From contig JBFYZW010000235.1 of the NCBI GenBank assembly GCA_041309305.1, positions 1 to 63,792 of the forward strand: 63,792 nucleotides of DNA, in the 5' to 3' direction. The notes beneath the pieces are model-generated. The model worked only from the letters and a program-made list of their open reading frames with translations, was not told where the DNA came from and did not search any database. This stretch comes from Deltaproteobacteria bacterium. GTDB taxonomy: Bacteria; Myxococcota; XYA12-FULL-58-9. Positions 9,053 to 17,202 of this stretch are shown here, in pieces (the stretch's first letter is position 1; each line of letters begins with the position of its first letter). The translations under genes were made by a program, and so were the position numbers.

Positions 9053-9273
9053 CCGGGCGCGGATAGCGATAGGTGTAGGGCATCCTCAGCCCTCGGGCGC
9101 GCCGACGGCGTCGCGCCGACACCCTGGCGGCTGGCCATCGCCCGCTCTTTGCGGGCCACGACCTTCTTCACGTCCGTCTGCGCGAAGCGCCCATCCGGTC
9201 CGGCGATGTCCTTCAGCAGGTCGGCGGTCACGGAAACGGCTCGAAATAGGTCTGTTTTGCTCAGTCTCGGCAT
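9019..9273 (-). CDS. Small hypothetical protein (84 aa) whose last codons and stop lie inside R1 copy A
   Basis: ATG at 9273 is preceded by GGGAGAG, an SD-like sequence with a 5-6 nt spacer. Third codon positions are strongly G/C. The ORF ends ...CMSGTNPLPQ* at the conserved R1 TGA (9019-9021). No recognisable domain. Confidence 0.35.
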   Translation of the reverse strand: MPRLSKTDLFRAVSVTADLLKDIAGPDGRFAQTDVKKVVARKERAMASRQGVGATPSARPRAEDALHLSLSAPGCMSGTNPLPQ

Positions 9274-9454
9274 CTGAGCTCTCCCGCGCGTCCGGTCATT
9301 ATAGTGATGGTGGTGCAACGCCGTCGCTCTCTGGCGTCGGCGTCTTCATCGGACCTCGGGGGCGGGTGTTGCGCGAAAGGGCGGGAGCAACCCACGCCCA
9401 GGCGGCGAGTCGCGACCGCGCGCCGCGGCTGGCGGCGGCCCGGCCGGCCGGCGT

Positions 9455-9772
9455 ATGGTCCTCGGCATGGAGCCGGTCAATCCGCCAAACGGCGAAGCGC
9501 TGGTGGCCCTGGCGAGCACGCGGATGCCATTTGGCCGCTACGAGGGCACGGCGATCCTGGACCTCCCCGAGCCCTACCTGCTCTGGTTTCAGCACAAGGG
9601 CATGCCAAAGGGGACGTTGGGGCGCCTGATGGCCTTGGCCCTCGAGATCAAGGCGAACGGCCTGGAGGGCCTGGTCGCCGAGGCGTTGCGGCGGCATGGG
9701 ATCGACGTGCGGGCTGCTGCGGGACATCCGCTCCACCCGGCCGCAACCCCGTCGAGGAGGAAGCCCCGGTGA
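9455..9772 (+). CDS. DUF3820-family protein (QSregVF_b-like)
   Basis: MPFGRYEGTAILDLPEPYLLWFQHKGMPKGTLGRLMALALEIKANGL matches the conserved MPFGKYKG..DLPxxYLxWFxxKGFPxGxLGxLL core of DUF3820. An alternative start lies at 9467. Confidence 0.7.
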   Translation: MVLGMEPVNPPNGEALVALASTRMPFGRYEGTAILDLPEPYLLWFQHKGMPKGTLGRLMALALEIKANGLEGLVAEALRRHGIDVRAAAGHPLHPAATPSRRKPR

Positions 9773-10416
9773 CCACGACCTGGACGATGATCGCCGCCGA
9801 GCGGTTGGCGCTGTGTGACACCCTCGACTCACTCACCGAGGCCCAGTGGCAGGCGCCCAGCGCGTTGCGGGGTTGGCCGGTCCGCCACGTCGTCGCCCAC
9901 CTGGTCTGGCCGCTCGAGACCTCGCTGCCGCGCCTGGCGCTGCAGCTCGCGCGGTATGGCTTCAGCGCGCTACGCGCCACCGACGGCATCGCCGACGCCG
10001 ACCGCCGCAGCGGGCCGGAGTTGGCCGCAGCGCTGCGCGCCAATGCCCATCAGCATCGGTTCCGTTTCCCAGGCCGTGGGTTGGAGTCGCCGCTGACCGA
10101 AACAGTCGTTCACGCGCTCGACATCCGCCTGCCCCTCGGTCTCATCTACGCGATCCCTGCGGGACCGGCGCGCATCGTGCTCGACACGCTGGTCGATCCG
10201 CGTGCCAGTCGCGGCTATGCGCCACCGCACCGCTTCGATGGCCTGCGCCTCGAGGCCACCGACCTGGATTGGCGCCACGGGGAGGGCCCGCAGCTCAGCG
10301 GCCCGACCGCCGAGCTGATCATCACGCTCGCCGGTCGCGGCCTGGCGCTGGATCGCCTGACCGGCGACGGCGTGGAGGTGGTGCGCAGCCGCCGCGGCAA
10401 ACGAAAGAATCCCTAG
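9769..10416 (+). CDS. DinB-like / maleylpyruvate isomerase N-terminal domain family protein (TIGR03083-like)
   Basis: GTG at 9769 overlaps the upstream stop (GTGA). GAGGAGG lies 8 nt upstream. AQWQAPSALRGWPVRHVVAHLV matches the family N-terminal motif (W..P....GW.VRDVVAHL). The long N-terminal extension in ORF 9304..10416 was rejected. Confidence 0.6.
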   Translation: MTTTWTMIAAERLALCDTLDSLTEAQWQAPSALRGWPVRHVVAHLVWPLETSLPRLALQLARYGFSALRATDGIADADRRSGPELAAALRANAHQHRFRFPGRGLESPLTETVVHALDIRLPLGLIYAIPAGPARIVLDTLVDPRASRGYAPPHRFDGLRLEATDLDWRHGEGPQLSGPTAELIITLAGRGLALDRLTGDGVEVVRSRRGKRKNP

Positions 10417-10577
10417 CCCGAGGAGAAGGCGGTCGATGAAGCGCGGCCTCTTTCGTGTCTCGAGCATCGCGTCGTGCCTCGGCTGGGCCGCGGTCGGCGG
10501 TACCGCCCGCGGTGTCACCGGTCGCGCCACCTGGAGACAGGTGTGGATGTGATGAGTTGGTTCGTGGAGCCGTGGGC

Positions 10578-10674
10578 CCTAAACGGACGGTCACGATTCC
10601 CGATCACCAAAGAGCGGCCTCGCCCGAGGAAGAAACGCAAACGGGGTTTGCGCGAATCGCGCCCCCCCGTTTAG
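10578..10674 (+). repeat. REP-like intergenic element, copy 1 (extended form), ending in a hairpin
   Basis: ccctaaacggacggtcacgattcccgatcaccaaagagcggcctcgcccgaggaagaaacgcAAACGGGGtttGCGCGaatCGCGCcCCCCCGTTTag. It is nearly identical to 31605..31702. Confidence 0.8.
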
Positions 10675-10684
10675 ACTCGGCGTC

Positions 10685-13600
10685 ATGCGACTATCGCCCG
10701 GCTTCGGTGTCGTCCTCGGCGGGCTGTGTCTCGTCGTCTGGCCCCTGGCCTGCCGCGTGCGCCTCACCGAGGCGCCTGGTCAGGACGTCGCCTGCGTCGT
10801 CAACGCCGACTGTCCAGGCACGCTGCGCTGCCTCGTGGACCTCGGCCGGTGTGCCGAGAGCGGCGCGGTCTGCACCGAGAAACGCGGTGAGCAGCTCGTC
10901 GCCGCGCCGGCCGGCGATGCCTGCCGGCTGGAGGACGGCAGCGAGGGCATCTGTCTGAGCGCACGCTGCACCGCCTCGCGCTGCGGCGACGCGTTCGTCG
11001 ATCTACGCACGGGCGAGGCCTGCGACGACGGCAACACCAACGACAATGACGCGTGCCTCTCCACGTGCACGGTCGCGCGCTGCGGCGACGGCGCCCTTCT
11101 GCTGTTCGGCGCCGAGCCCTCGGCGTACGAGAGCTGCGACGATGGCAACACCAGCGACCATGACGCGTGTCTGTCGACCTGCGTCATCGCGCGCTGTGGT
11201 GATGGGCACGTGCTCGACGACAGCGCTGACCCGACCCTCCTCGAGGAGTGCGACGATCAGAACGATCAGGACGGCGACGACTGCCTCACCAGCTGCATCC
11301 GCAACGTCTGCGGGGATCAGATCGTCAACCCGCTCGCCGAGGCCTGTGATGACGGGAACGACAACCCCAACGACGGCTGCGACGGTTGTGCACGCACGCG
11401 TTGGGCGGCGGCCATCGTCGCCGGCCGGGGTGAGAGCGGCGGCGACGCGCAGCAGCAACCCTTGCGCGCGCCTCGCGGTGTGGCCGTCGACCTCGGTGGT
11501 CGCGTCTTCGTCGCCTCCGGCGACGCACGCATCTTCCGCTTCGACCCACCCACCGCGGCCCTCCCCGGCGGCGCGGCCACGGTGATCGCCGGCACCGGCG
11601 ATCGCGAGCACACTGGAGACGGCGGTCCCGCCTACCGCGCCGGTCTCAACGATATCTGGAACGTCGCGGTCGACTCGCGCGGCGAGCTCTTCGTGACCGA
11701 GCGGGACTTCGATCACCCCGAGCGAGGCGCGGTCCGCCGCATCGACCTCGAAGGGCGGATCACCACCATCCTGGGCGGGGGCAGCGCCCCGCTCACCGAC
11801 GGGGCCCCGGGGACGAGCGTCGCGCTGTACGGGCTGACCGGGATCTGCACCGACAGCCTCGGACGGGTCTACGTCGCCGACCACTCGGCCGGAGGCACCT
11901 GGGGCAACGGTCGGGTGGTGCGCTACAGCCCTGAAACCGGCACGATCGAGGTCCTCGTGGGCGGCGGTACCACCCGCCCGCTGTTCTCGGACAGTCTCCC
12001 CGGAACCGACGTCCAGCTCCCCCTGCCCTACGGCCTCGCCGCCCATGACGACACCCTATACGTGGTCGACGGGAGCACCGATGGCGGGCAGCCCTTGCAT
12101 CGCGGTGCGCTGCTCGCGGTGGACCTCGTCACCCCGGGTTATCCGACGCACGTCGCGGTGGGTGGCACCCTGCACTGGCCGCCGGCGGTCGGGCAGTTGG
12201 CCAACCAGATGATCGTCCGTCAGGCACGCGGCGTCGCAGTGACAGAGGACGGCCGCCTGTGGCTCTCGCTCCAGTACTACTCCGTGAGCCTGCCCGCGGC
12301 GACGGGACAGCTTCTGGTGCGGGTCAACGGCGGCGTGGTCGACTTCGTGGCCGGGGATGATTTCGGCCTCGCCGGCGACGGCCTCGCGGTCACGACCTGG
12401 CGATTCAACTCGCCCGAGCAGCTCGCGCTCGACGCCGGGGGCCACCTCTTGATCGCTGACTCGGGCAACAACCGGGTGCGCGCGATCGACCTCGAGGAGG
12501 AGCTCTCCACCTTCGCCGGCGCGGCCGACAGCATTGTCCTCGCCAGCCCCGCCCTCGCGACCGCGCTGCGCCAACCCTACGTCTACGGCGCGAGCCTCGT
12601 CCGCGCGACGGATCTCGACGGGGATCTGGTCACGCCGGTGGAGAACGGCCTGGTCATCGCCCGGGTGCTGCCCGACGGCACGGCCGTGCGCCTCGCGGGC
12701 AACGGCCAGGTCGGCGACACTGGTGACGGCGGCCCCGCCCTCGATGCGACCTTCTTCGAAGCCCGCGCCGTGCTCGCTGGCGCCGACGGCAGCGTGCTGA
12801 TCGCCGATCCCTGGGCGCACCGGGTTCGCCGGGTGGAAGCGAACGGCTCGATCGGACCGGTCTTCGGCGAGGTCTACGACGGCTCCACGTGCCCGAGCGC
12901 GAGTTGCCCGAGCGGCACGGCGGCGCTGTGCCGGCTGTGCCAACCGGTCGACATGGCCTGGACCGACGACGGAGCGTTGCTGGTCGTCGACCGGGGGGCC
13001 CACTGCGTCTGGCGCGTGGCCGCGGAGGCCGGGCGGCCGGAGCCGAGCAGCGCGGCCGCCGTCGTGGCCGGTCAATGCGGCAGCGATGGCAATGCCGGTG
13101 ACGGCACCGCGGCCACGGCGGCGCTGCTCAACTCCCCCTCGGCGGTGGCGGTCTCGCCAACCGGAGAGGTGTACCTGGTCGATCAGCTGAGCACCCGCCT
13201 GCGCCGCTTCGAGCTCGACGGCACCATCCAGACCTTCGCCAACTACCCGAGTGGGCCCGGAATCGTCGATCTCGCCTTCACCGCCGACGGCAGCCTGGTG
13301 GTCGCCGCCAGCGACGGTCAGCTGCGCAGGTTCACCGCCGAGGGCGGGGTCATCACGGCGGGCCGCGACGAGACGCTGAGCGGGCCGCCGCAAGCCGACG
13401 CCACCGGCGACGGCGGGCCGTTGGAGCTCGCCAGCCTGGGCATCCCCCTCGGGCTACACCTCACGCCGGCCGGCGTCGCGTTCGTCCACGTCGACGACGA
13501 CGGCGAGACCTCGGTGCGGCGCATCTCGGCCGACGGTACGCTGGTGACCAGCGTGCTCGGCGGCATCGACCCACGCGGCGACGGGCCCCTCGGCACGAGC

Positions 13601-14593
13601 CACGTCGGCGAGGCCGTCGCCATCGCCGCCTGGGGGACCGATGCGTGGCTCGTCGCCGACGCCTGGGCTGGCCGTCTGCGCCTGGTGGACGAGCCCGCGG
13701 GGTGGGTGAGCAGCCTGTTCGGCTATCCCACCGGGCGGGGCGTACCCGGCACCGATATCGCCCGACTCGCCGACCGCGCCGACGCCCTCGCTGGCCTGGC
13801 CGTCGACCCTGCGGCGGGCCTGGTCTACCTCGCTGACGCTCAGAGCCACCGCCTGCTCGAGATCGACCTCGCGGCGGTTCCGGCGCGGGTGAGGCTCCTC
13901 GCAGGCGGCAGCGAAGGGCATGAGGACGGCGCGATCGCCGTGGCCGCCTTCCGCAAGCCGGCGGGGCTGGCCTATTCGGTGGCCAACGGAGTGCTACTGG
14001 TCGCCGACGCCGGCAACCACGTGGTCAGAGCGATCGATCTCGCGGCCGACACCGTGGCCACCGTCGCCGGCGCGCCGCGAACTCCGGGCTTCCACGGCGA
14101 TGGAGGTCCCGCGACCGGCGCGCTCTTCGACAGCCCAGGCGGGGTCGCCTTCGGCCCGGCTGGCAGCTGGTACGTGGCCGACACCGGCAACCACCGGGTG
14201 CGACGCATCGACGCCACCGGGACGATCACGACGGTCATCGGCGACGGCGAGCCCGGCGCCGGTGGTGGCGGAGGAGAGGCGCGGCTGTTCCAGATCGACA
14301 CGCCGCGGCAGCTGGCGCTGGACGGCGCCGGCAACCTGTTCGTCGCCGGGCGGCGAGAGTTGAAGGTTGTCTCCGCCGCAGCGGCCGGTGGCGCGGTGGG
14401 CACGGACCTACTGACCACGATCTACGGGCAGGCGCCGAGAACGACCTTCCCGGAGTCGGCGACCCGTTGCCTCGCCGGCGTGACGTTGCCGGCAGATCGA
14501 ACCGCGCCGGCGAACACGACCGCCACGGACGCCGTGCTGTTTAGCGACACCTGCCTCGGCCTGTTGGTGCGCCTGCATCGCGAGCACCTCTGA
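10685..14593 (+). CDS. Secreted protein with four Myxococcus-type Cys-rich repeats followed by multiple NHL-repeat beta-propellers
   Basis: 1302 aa with a signal peptide. Repeats of the type CGDG....CDDGN...DACLSTC occur. Many NHL-type blades are present (SGNNRVRAIDL, AGNHVVRAIDL, TGNHRVRRID, WAHRVRRVE). Confidence 0.8.
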   Translation: MRLSPGFGVVLGGLCLVVWPLACRVRLTEAPGQDVACVVNADCPGTLRCLVDLGRCAESGAVCTEKRGEQLVAAPAGDACRLEDGSEGICLSARCTASRCGDAFVDLRTGEACDDGNTNDNDACLSTCTVARCGDGALLLFGAEPSAYESCDDGNTSDHDACLSTCVIARCGDGHVLDDSADPTLLEECDDQNDQDGDDCLTSCIRNVCGDQIVNPLAEACDDGNDNPNDGCDGCARTRWAAAIVAGRGESGGDAQQQPLRAPRGVAVDLGGRVFVASGDARIFRFDPPTAALPGGAATVIAGTGDREHTGDGGPAYRAGLNDIWNVAVDSRGELFVTERDFDHPERGAVRRIDLEGRITTILGGGSAPLTDGAPGTSVALYGLTGICTDSLGRVYVADHSAGGTWGNGRVVRYSPETGTIEVLVGGGTTRPLFSDSLPGTDVQLPLPYGLAAHDDTLYVVDGSTDGGQPLHRGALLAVDLVTPGYPTHVAVGGTLHWPPAVGQLANQMIVRQARGVAVTEDGRLWLSLQYYSVSLPAATGQLLVRVNGGVVDFVAGDDFGLAGDGLAVTTWRFNSPEQLALDAGGHLLIADSGNNRVRAIDLEEELSTFAGAADSIVLASPALATALRQPYVYGASLVRATDLDGDLVTPVENGLVIARVLPDGTAVRLAGNGQVGDTGDGGPALDATFFEARAVLAGADGSVLIADPWAHRVRRVEANGSIGPVFGEVYDGSTCPSASCPSGTAALCRLCQPVDMAWTDDGALLVVDRGAHCVWRVAAEAGRPEPSSAAAVVAGQCGSDGNAGDGTAATAALLNSPSAVAVSPTGEVYLVDQLSTRLRRFELDGTIQTFANYPSGPGIVDLAFTADGSLVVAASDGQLRRFTAEGGVITAGRDETLSGPPQADATGDGGPLELASLGIPLGLHLTPAGVAFVHVDDDGETSVRRISADGTLVTSVLGGIDPRGDGPLGTSHVGEAVAIAAWGTDAWLVADAWAGRLRLVDEPAGWVSSLFGYPTGRGVPGTDIARLADRADALAGLAVDPAAGLVYLADAQSHRLLEIDLAAVPARVRLLAGGSEGHEDGAIAVAAFRKPAGLAYSVANGVLLVADAGNHVVRAIDLAADTVATVAGAPRTPGFHGDGGPATGALFDSPGGVAFGPAGSWYVADTGNHRVRRIDATGTITTVIGDGEPGAGGGGGEARLFQIDTPRQLALDGAGNLFVAGRRELKVVSAAAAGGAVGTDLLTTIYGQAPRTTFPESATRCLAGVTLPADRTAPANTTATDAVLFSDTCLGLLVRLHREHL

Positions 14594-14701
14594 CCGGAGC
14601 GCGTTGGCACCGGCGCCGGGTCGTTGCAGTCTCCTCAATCCGGAGGTCGAGCGTCAGCTCGTGGCGGTCGGTGTTGGCGAAGGGTTGTTGACCCCTTCTC
14701 C

Positions 14702-15232
14702 TCAGTCGACGACGAGTGCGTCGAAGGCGGAGGCGGCCCGGCCGCGAACCTGCTCGGCGAGCGGCCCGTCGATCCCCTGTGGCGCGAGACGGTCGAGAAG
14801 ATCCCGCTGCAGGTCAACCTCGACGCGGCAGCACGCGCGGTCCTCGGCAACCCACGTCTCCGCGCACGCGGTGAACGCCGCGCTGCCCTCGACCACGGCC
14901 GCCACCTTGCGCATCTCGGCTGCGAGCGTCTCGGTCTCATATCCATCCATGATGGCAGAAACCAACTGGTCGTCGAGGGCGGCAGCCTCGCCCTGGGCGC
15001 GGCTCTTGGCCAGGCTCGCGCGCAGGGTCGGGCTCTTGAGCGCCGGATCAGCGACGCAAGCGACGCCGACGAGCAGCCGCCGGTCATCGCGTCGTTCCAC
15101 GCTCTGCTTGCGGCCCGCCGTCCACGCGGGAGCAGCGGGCGTTGCGTCACCGTGAACCGCCTCGACCGAGGCGCACGCCGAAACGAACGAGAGTACCACA
15201 AACACCCGGCTGATAGTTGAGACCATGTTCAT
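14702..15232 (-). CDS. LPP20-like lipoprotein
   Basis: 176 aa. Lipobox FVSAC. The core LLVGVACVADP...SRAQGEAAALDDQLVSAIMDGYETE aligns by eye with the paralog at 27948..28592. Its ATG overlaps the upstream stop (ATGA at 15229-15232). Confidence 0.6.
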   Translation of the reverse strand: MNMVSTISRVFVVLSFVSACASVEAVHGDATPAAPAWTAGRKQSVERRDDRRLLVGVACVADPALKSPTLRASLAKSRAQGEAAALDDQLVSAIMDGYETETLAAEMRKVAAVVEGSAAFTACAETWVAEDRACCRVEVDLQRDLLDRLAPQGIDGPLAEQVRGRAASAFDALVVD

Positions 15233-16119
15233 CTCCTCAACGACGCGAAGGCGGCGCGTTCATCAGCACGATCTACCCTGCCCTCATTTCCCGACGCAAA
15301 CGCGACGAAGCGCTGCGCCACTGCCCAGGCCTGCCGCGACAGCGCGCCCGGCAGGTGTCTCGTGAACAGCCTCGACATGACCACGCACTCGACGTTCTCG
15401 GCGAGCAGCCGCGCGCGCTCGACCTCGCTCAACGACGGCTCCTCGCTCACGGCTCGCATGTTGCTCTGGAATTCTTCGCCGCTGTAGGTCCAGCTCGCTG
15501 CCTCGTTGGCGATCAGCGTACGAAGCTCCTCCTCGGTACCGACGAATCCGCCGCGTTCGCGGAGTGCCAGGTCGGGTGGCGTGCCATCGCCGAGAAACTG
15601 CGGCAAGGTCGGATCCACGATCAGCTCGTGCCCGGCGGTCTGCACACGGACGGTGACGTGCCCACCGGCGTCGTTGAGCCGGGCCTCGAGGCCGAGCTGT
15701 CGCAGCCGCCCCAACACCAGCCCCGCTGCGACGTCGCAGCTCGCCTGATTGGTGGTGAGCTTCCCGCCAGTGGCGATGCTGACCGCGCGCGAGATCTGCG
15801 GCAGCTCCGCCGCGATCGTGCTCCGCGCCGCGGCCTCGGCTGGCAAGCGTCGACCGATGGCGCCGCCGACCGAAACACCGGCACGCCGGTTGCTCGGCGC
15901 GAGCCCCTGCAGGGGAGGCAGAGTCTGGCCCGGTGCGCCACCAGGCAACGGCCGCGACCGCGAGACGTGCACCTGCGCAACGTCTGCGCGTGGCGCAGGC
16001 TGCGCGATAGAGCGGGTTGCGTGCTGCGGCGACGGGCCCGACGACGGGGGCGTGGCGGATGTGGCGGATGCTGAGTTTGCGATACGCATGACCGAACCAT
16101 GTGCATCGACCGTGCCCAT
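15229..16119 (-). CDS. Hypothetical protein with a disordered Pro/Ser-rich N-terminus and a possible Cys-His-Asp (papain/transglutaminase-like) core
   Basis: 296 aa. It is translationally coupled to the downstream lipoprotein. TTNQASCDVAAGLVLGRL ... GGHVTVRV ... LIVDPTLPQF gives an ordered C, H, D candidate triad. There is no signal peptide and the start is uncertain (alternative M at 16089). Confidence 0.5.
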   Translation of the reverse strand: MGTVDAHGSVMRIANSASATSATPPSSGPSPQHATRSIAQPAPRADVAQVHVSRSRPLPGGAPGQTLPPLQGLAPSNRRAGVSVGGAIGRRLPAEAAARSTIAAELPQISRAVSIATGGKLTTNQASCDVAAGLVLGRLRQLGLEARLNDAGGHVTVRVQTAGHELIVDPTLPQFLGDGTPPDLALRERGGFVGTEEELRTLIANEAASWTYSGEEFQSNMRAVSEEPSLSEVERARLLAENVECVVMSRLFTRHLPGALSRQAWAVAQRFVAFASGNEGRVDRADERAAFASLRR

Positions 16120-16338
16120 CGCGGGTGTGCTCGACTCGGTTGATGCGCGGGCGTTATGCGCCGACCGCGACGCGCACGGCCGAAGGTGTGTCTCACATTG
16201 CTACACGCTCGAGTCGCAATGTGAGACACGAGGCAATCGTCGTTCGTGGTCCAGCGTCCCGTCCTGGCGAACCAATTGGTGGTCGACCTCTTGGCCATCG
16301 TTTGTGCCGGAGATTGCCGCGGTGAGGAGGAGGTTGGT

Positions 16339-16592
16339 TCAACTGTCGTTGCCGTTTGGGGTCGGATAGTCGCCGTTGAGCGAGGCCGAGGCCGAACGAT
16401 TAGAGCCGGCGAAAGTCAGGCAGGCGAAGCTCTGTCCATCCGGCGAGAATCCGTGTTTCGGCCAGAGCAGCCGGTGTTGCCAAGAGGTTCCGGTCGTGCG
16501 TTGACGGTCGTCGCGCTGGAGGGGGCAAGCGATGAGCGGCGAGGTCGGGCGGGGCTCGTCATCGGGGGAGGGGGTTTGTGCCGCCTGTGCAC
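16339..16592 (+). repeat. R1 repeat, copy B (full length)
   Basis: It aligns with 28972..29189 over about 220 nt and with 44626..44780. The minus-strand tail ends at TGA (16339-16341). Confidence 0.85.
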
Positions 16593-16612
16593 GGCGAAGC
16601 GGAGCGCGTCGG

Positions 16613-16948
16613 TCAGTACAAGCGATCGTAGCCGTGGATTGACACCGGCCCGCTGCACATCCTAGGGGCTTTCGTCGGCGGCAACGGCATGTGACCGTCG
16701 TGAAGCACCGAGGTCACGGCAGGCTCTCGGATTTCGAGCTGACGCTGAAAGAAGACGACGTTTCCGGAGCTCTTCTCGAAATTGTAGTCCCAGATGTGGC
16801 CGTCGTTCGGCTTAGGCAAACGCTGGGCATGCTTCTTCGCTTCCGCCGCCGTCGTTCCCGGAAAACGCAGCTCAGTCCAGACGTTGACGTCGACGGACGC
16901 ATCACGCTGCAAAGAAAGCGCCGACCTCGAAGCTGGTGACGTATTCAT
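16613..16948 (-). CDS. Small hypothetical protein (111 aa), lower GC
   Basis: ATG at 16948 has GGAGG 7 nt upstream. A sampled line counts about 52% GC. Sequence: MNTSPASRSALSLQRDASVDVNVWTELRFPGTTAAEAKKHAQRLPKPNDGHIWDYNFEK... No recognised domain. It lies immediately upstream (minus sense) of R1 copy B. Confidence 0.5.
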   Translation of the reverse strand: MNTSPASRSALSLQRDASVDVNVWTELRFPGTTAAEAKKHAQRLPKPNDGHIWDYNFEKSSGNVVFFQRQLEIREPAVTSVLHDGHMPLPPTKAPRMCSGPVSIHGYDRLY

Positions 16949-17148
16949 GCCGCAGCCTCCACTACGATCCTTATCGGCCAGGGGAGAGGCTCGTTGCCGG
17001 TTTCCACAAGGCTCATCCGGCCCGAAAGGCCTCAAGGACTGCAGTCGTCGGCGGGAGAAGAGCCCCCTCGTGCACAAGATGATCGAGTACCACGATGCTG
17101 CGCCGCCAATGCTCGGTGAGGAAACTGTTGGCGACAGTCCTCGGACGG

Positions 17149-17196
17149 ACTGGAGACATCATAGAGGGGTGCCGGTCGGCGAGAAGATCCTGACAG
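17149..17196 (+). repeat. 48-nt repeat identical (1 mismatch) to the sequence upstream of the IS110 fragment at 27673; a solo copy
   Basis: actggagacatcatagaggggtgccggtcGgcgagaagatcctgacag compared with 27673..27720, which has A at the capitalised position. Confidence 0.8.
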
Positions 17197-17202
17197 TGAT
17201 CG

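Noticed and set aside
9304-9768. The N-terminal extension of ORF 9304..10416.
   Set aside because: It is out of frame with, and overlaps, the well-supported DUF3820 gene. GAGGAGG plus a GTG at 9769 gives a standard coupled start for the DinB-like domain.
14679-14698. The GAAGGG-N8-CCCTTC hairpin after the lipoprotein stop, considered as a terminator.
   Set aside because: It has only a 6-bp stem and no U-tract, and similar chance stems are frequent at this GC content. It was not reported as a feature.
16352-16500. A plus-strand Cys-rich peptide inside R1 (..AKLCPSGENPWFGQSSRCCNRGC..) as a RiPP-like precursor.
   Set aside because: The plus frame is interrupted by TGA in copy C (gaa tga ttg) and has no conserved start. 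The C-terminal part differs by a frameshift in copy B. The substitution pattern is explained at least as well by the minus-strand frame.
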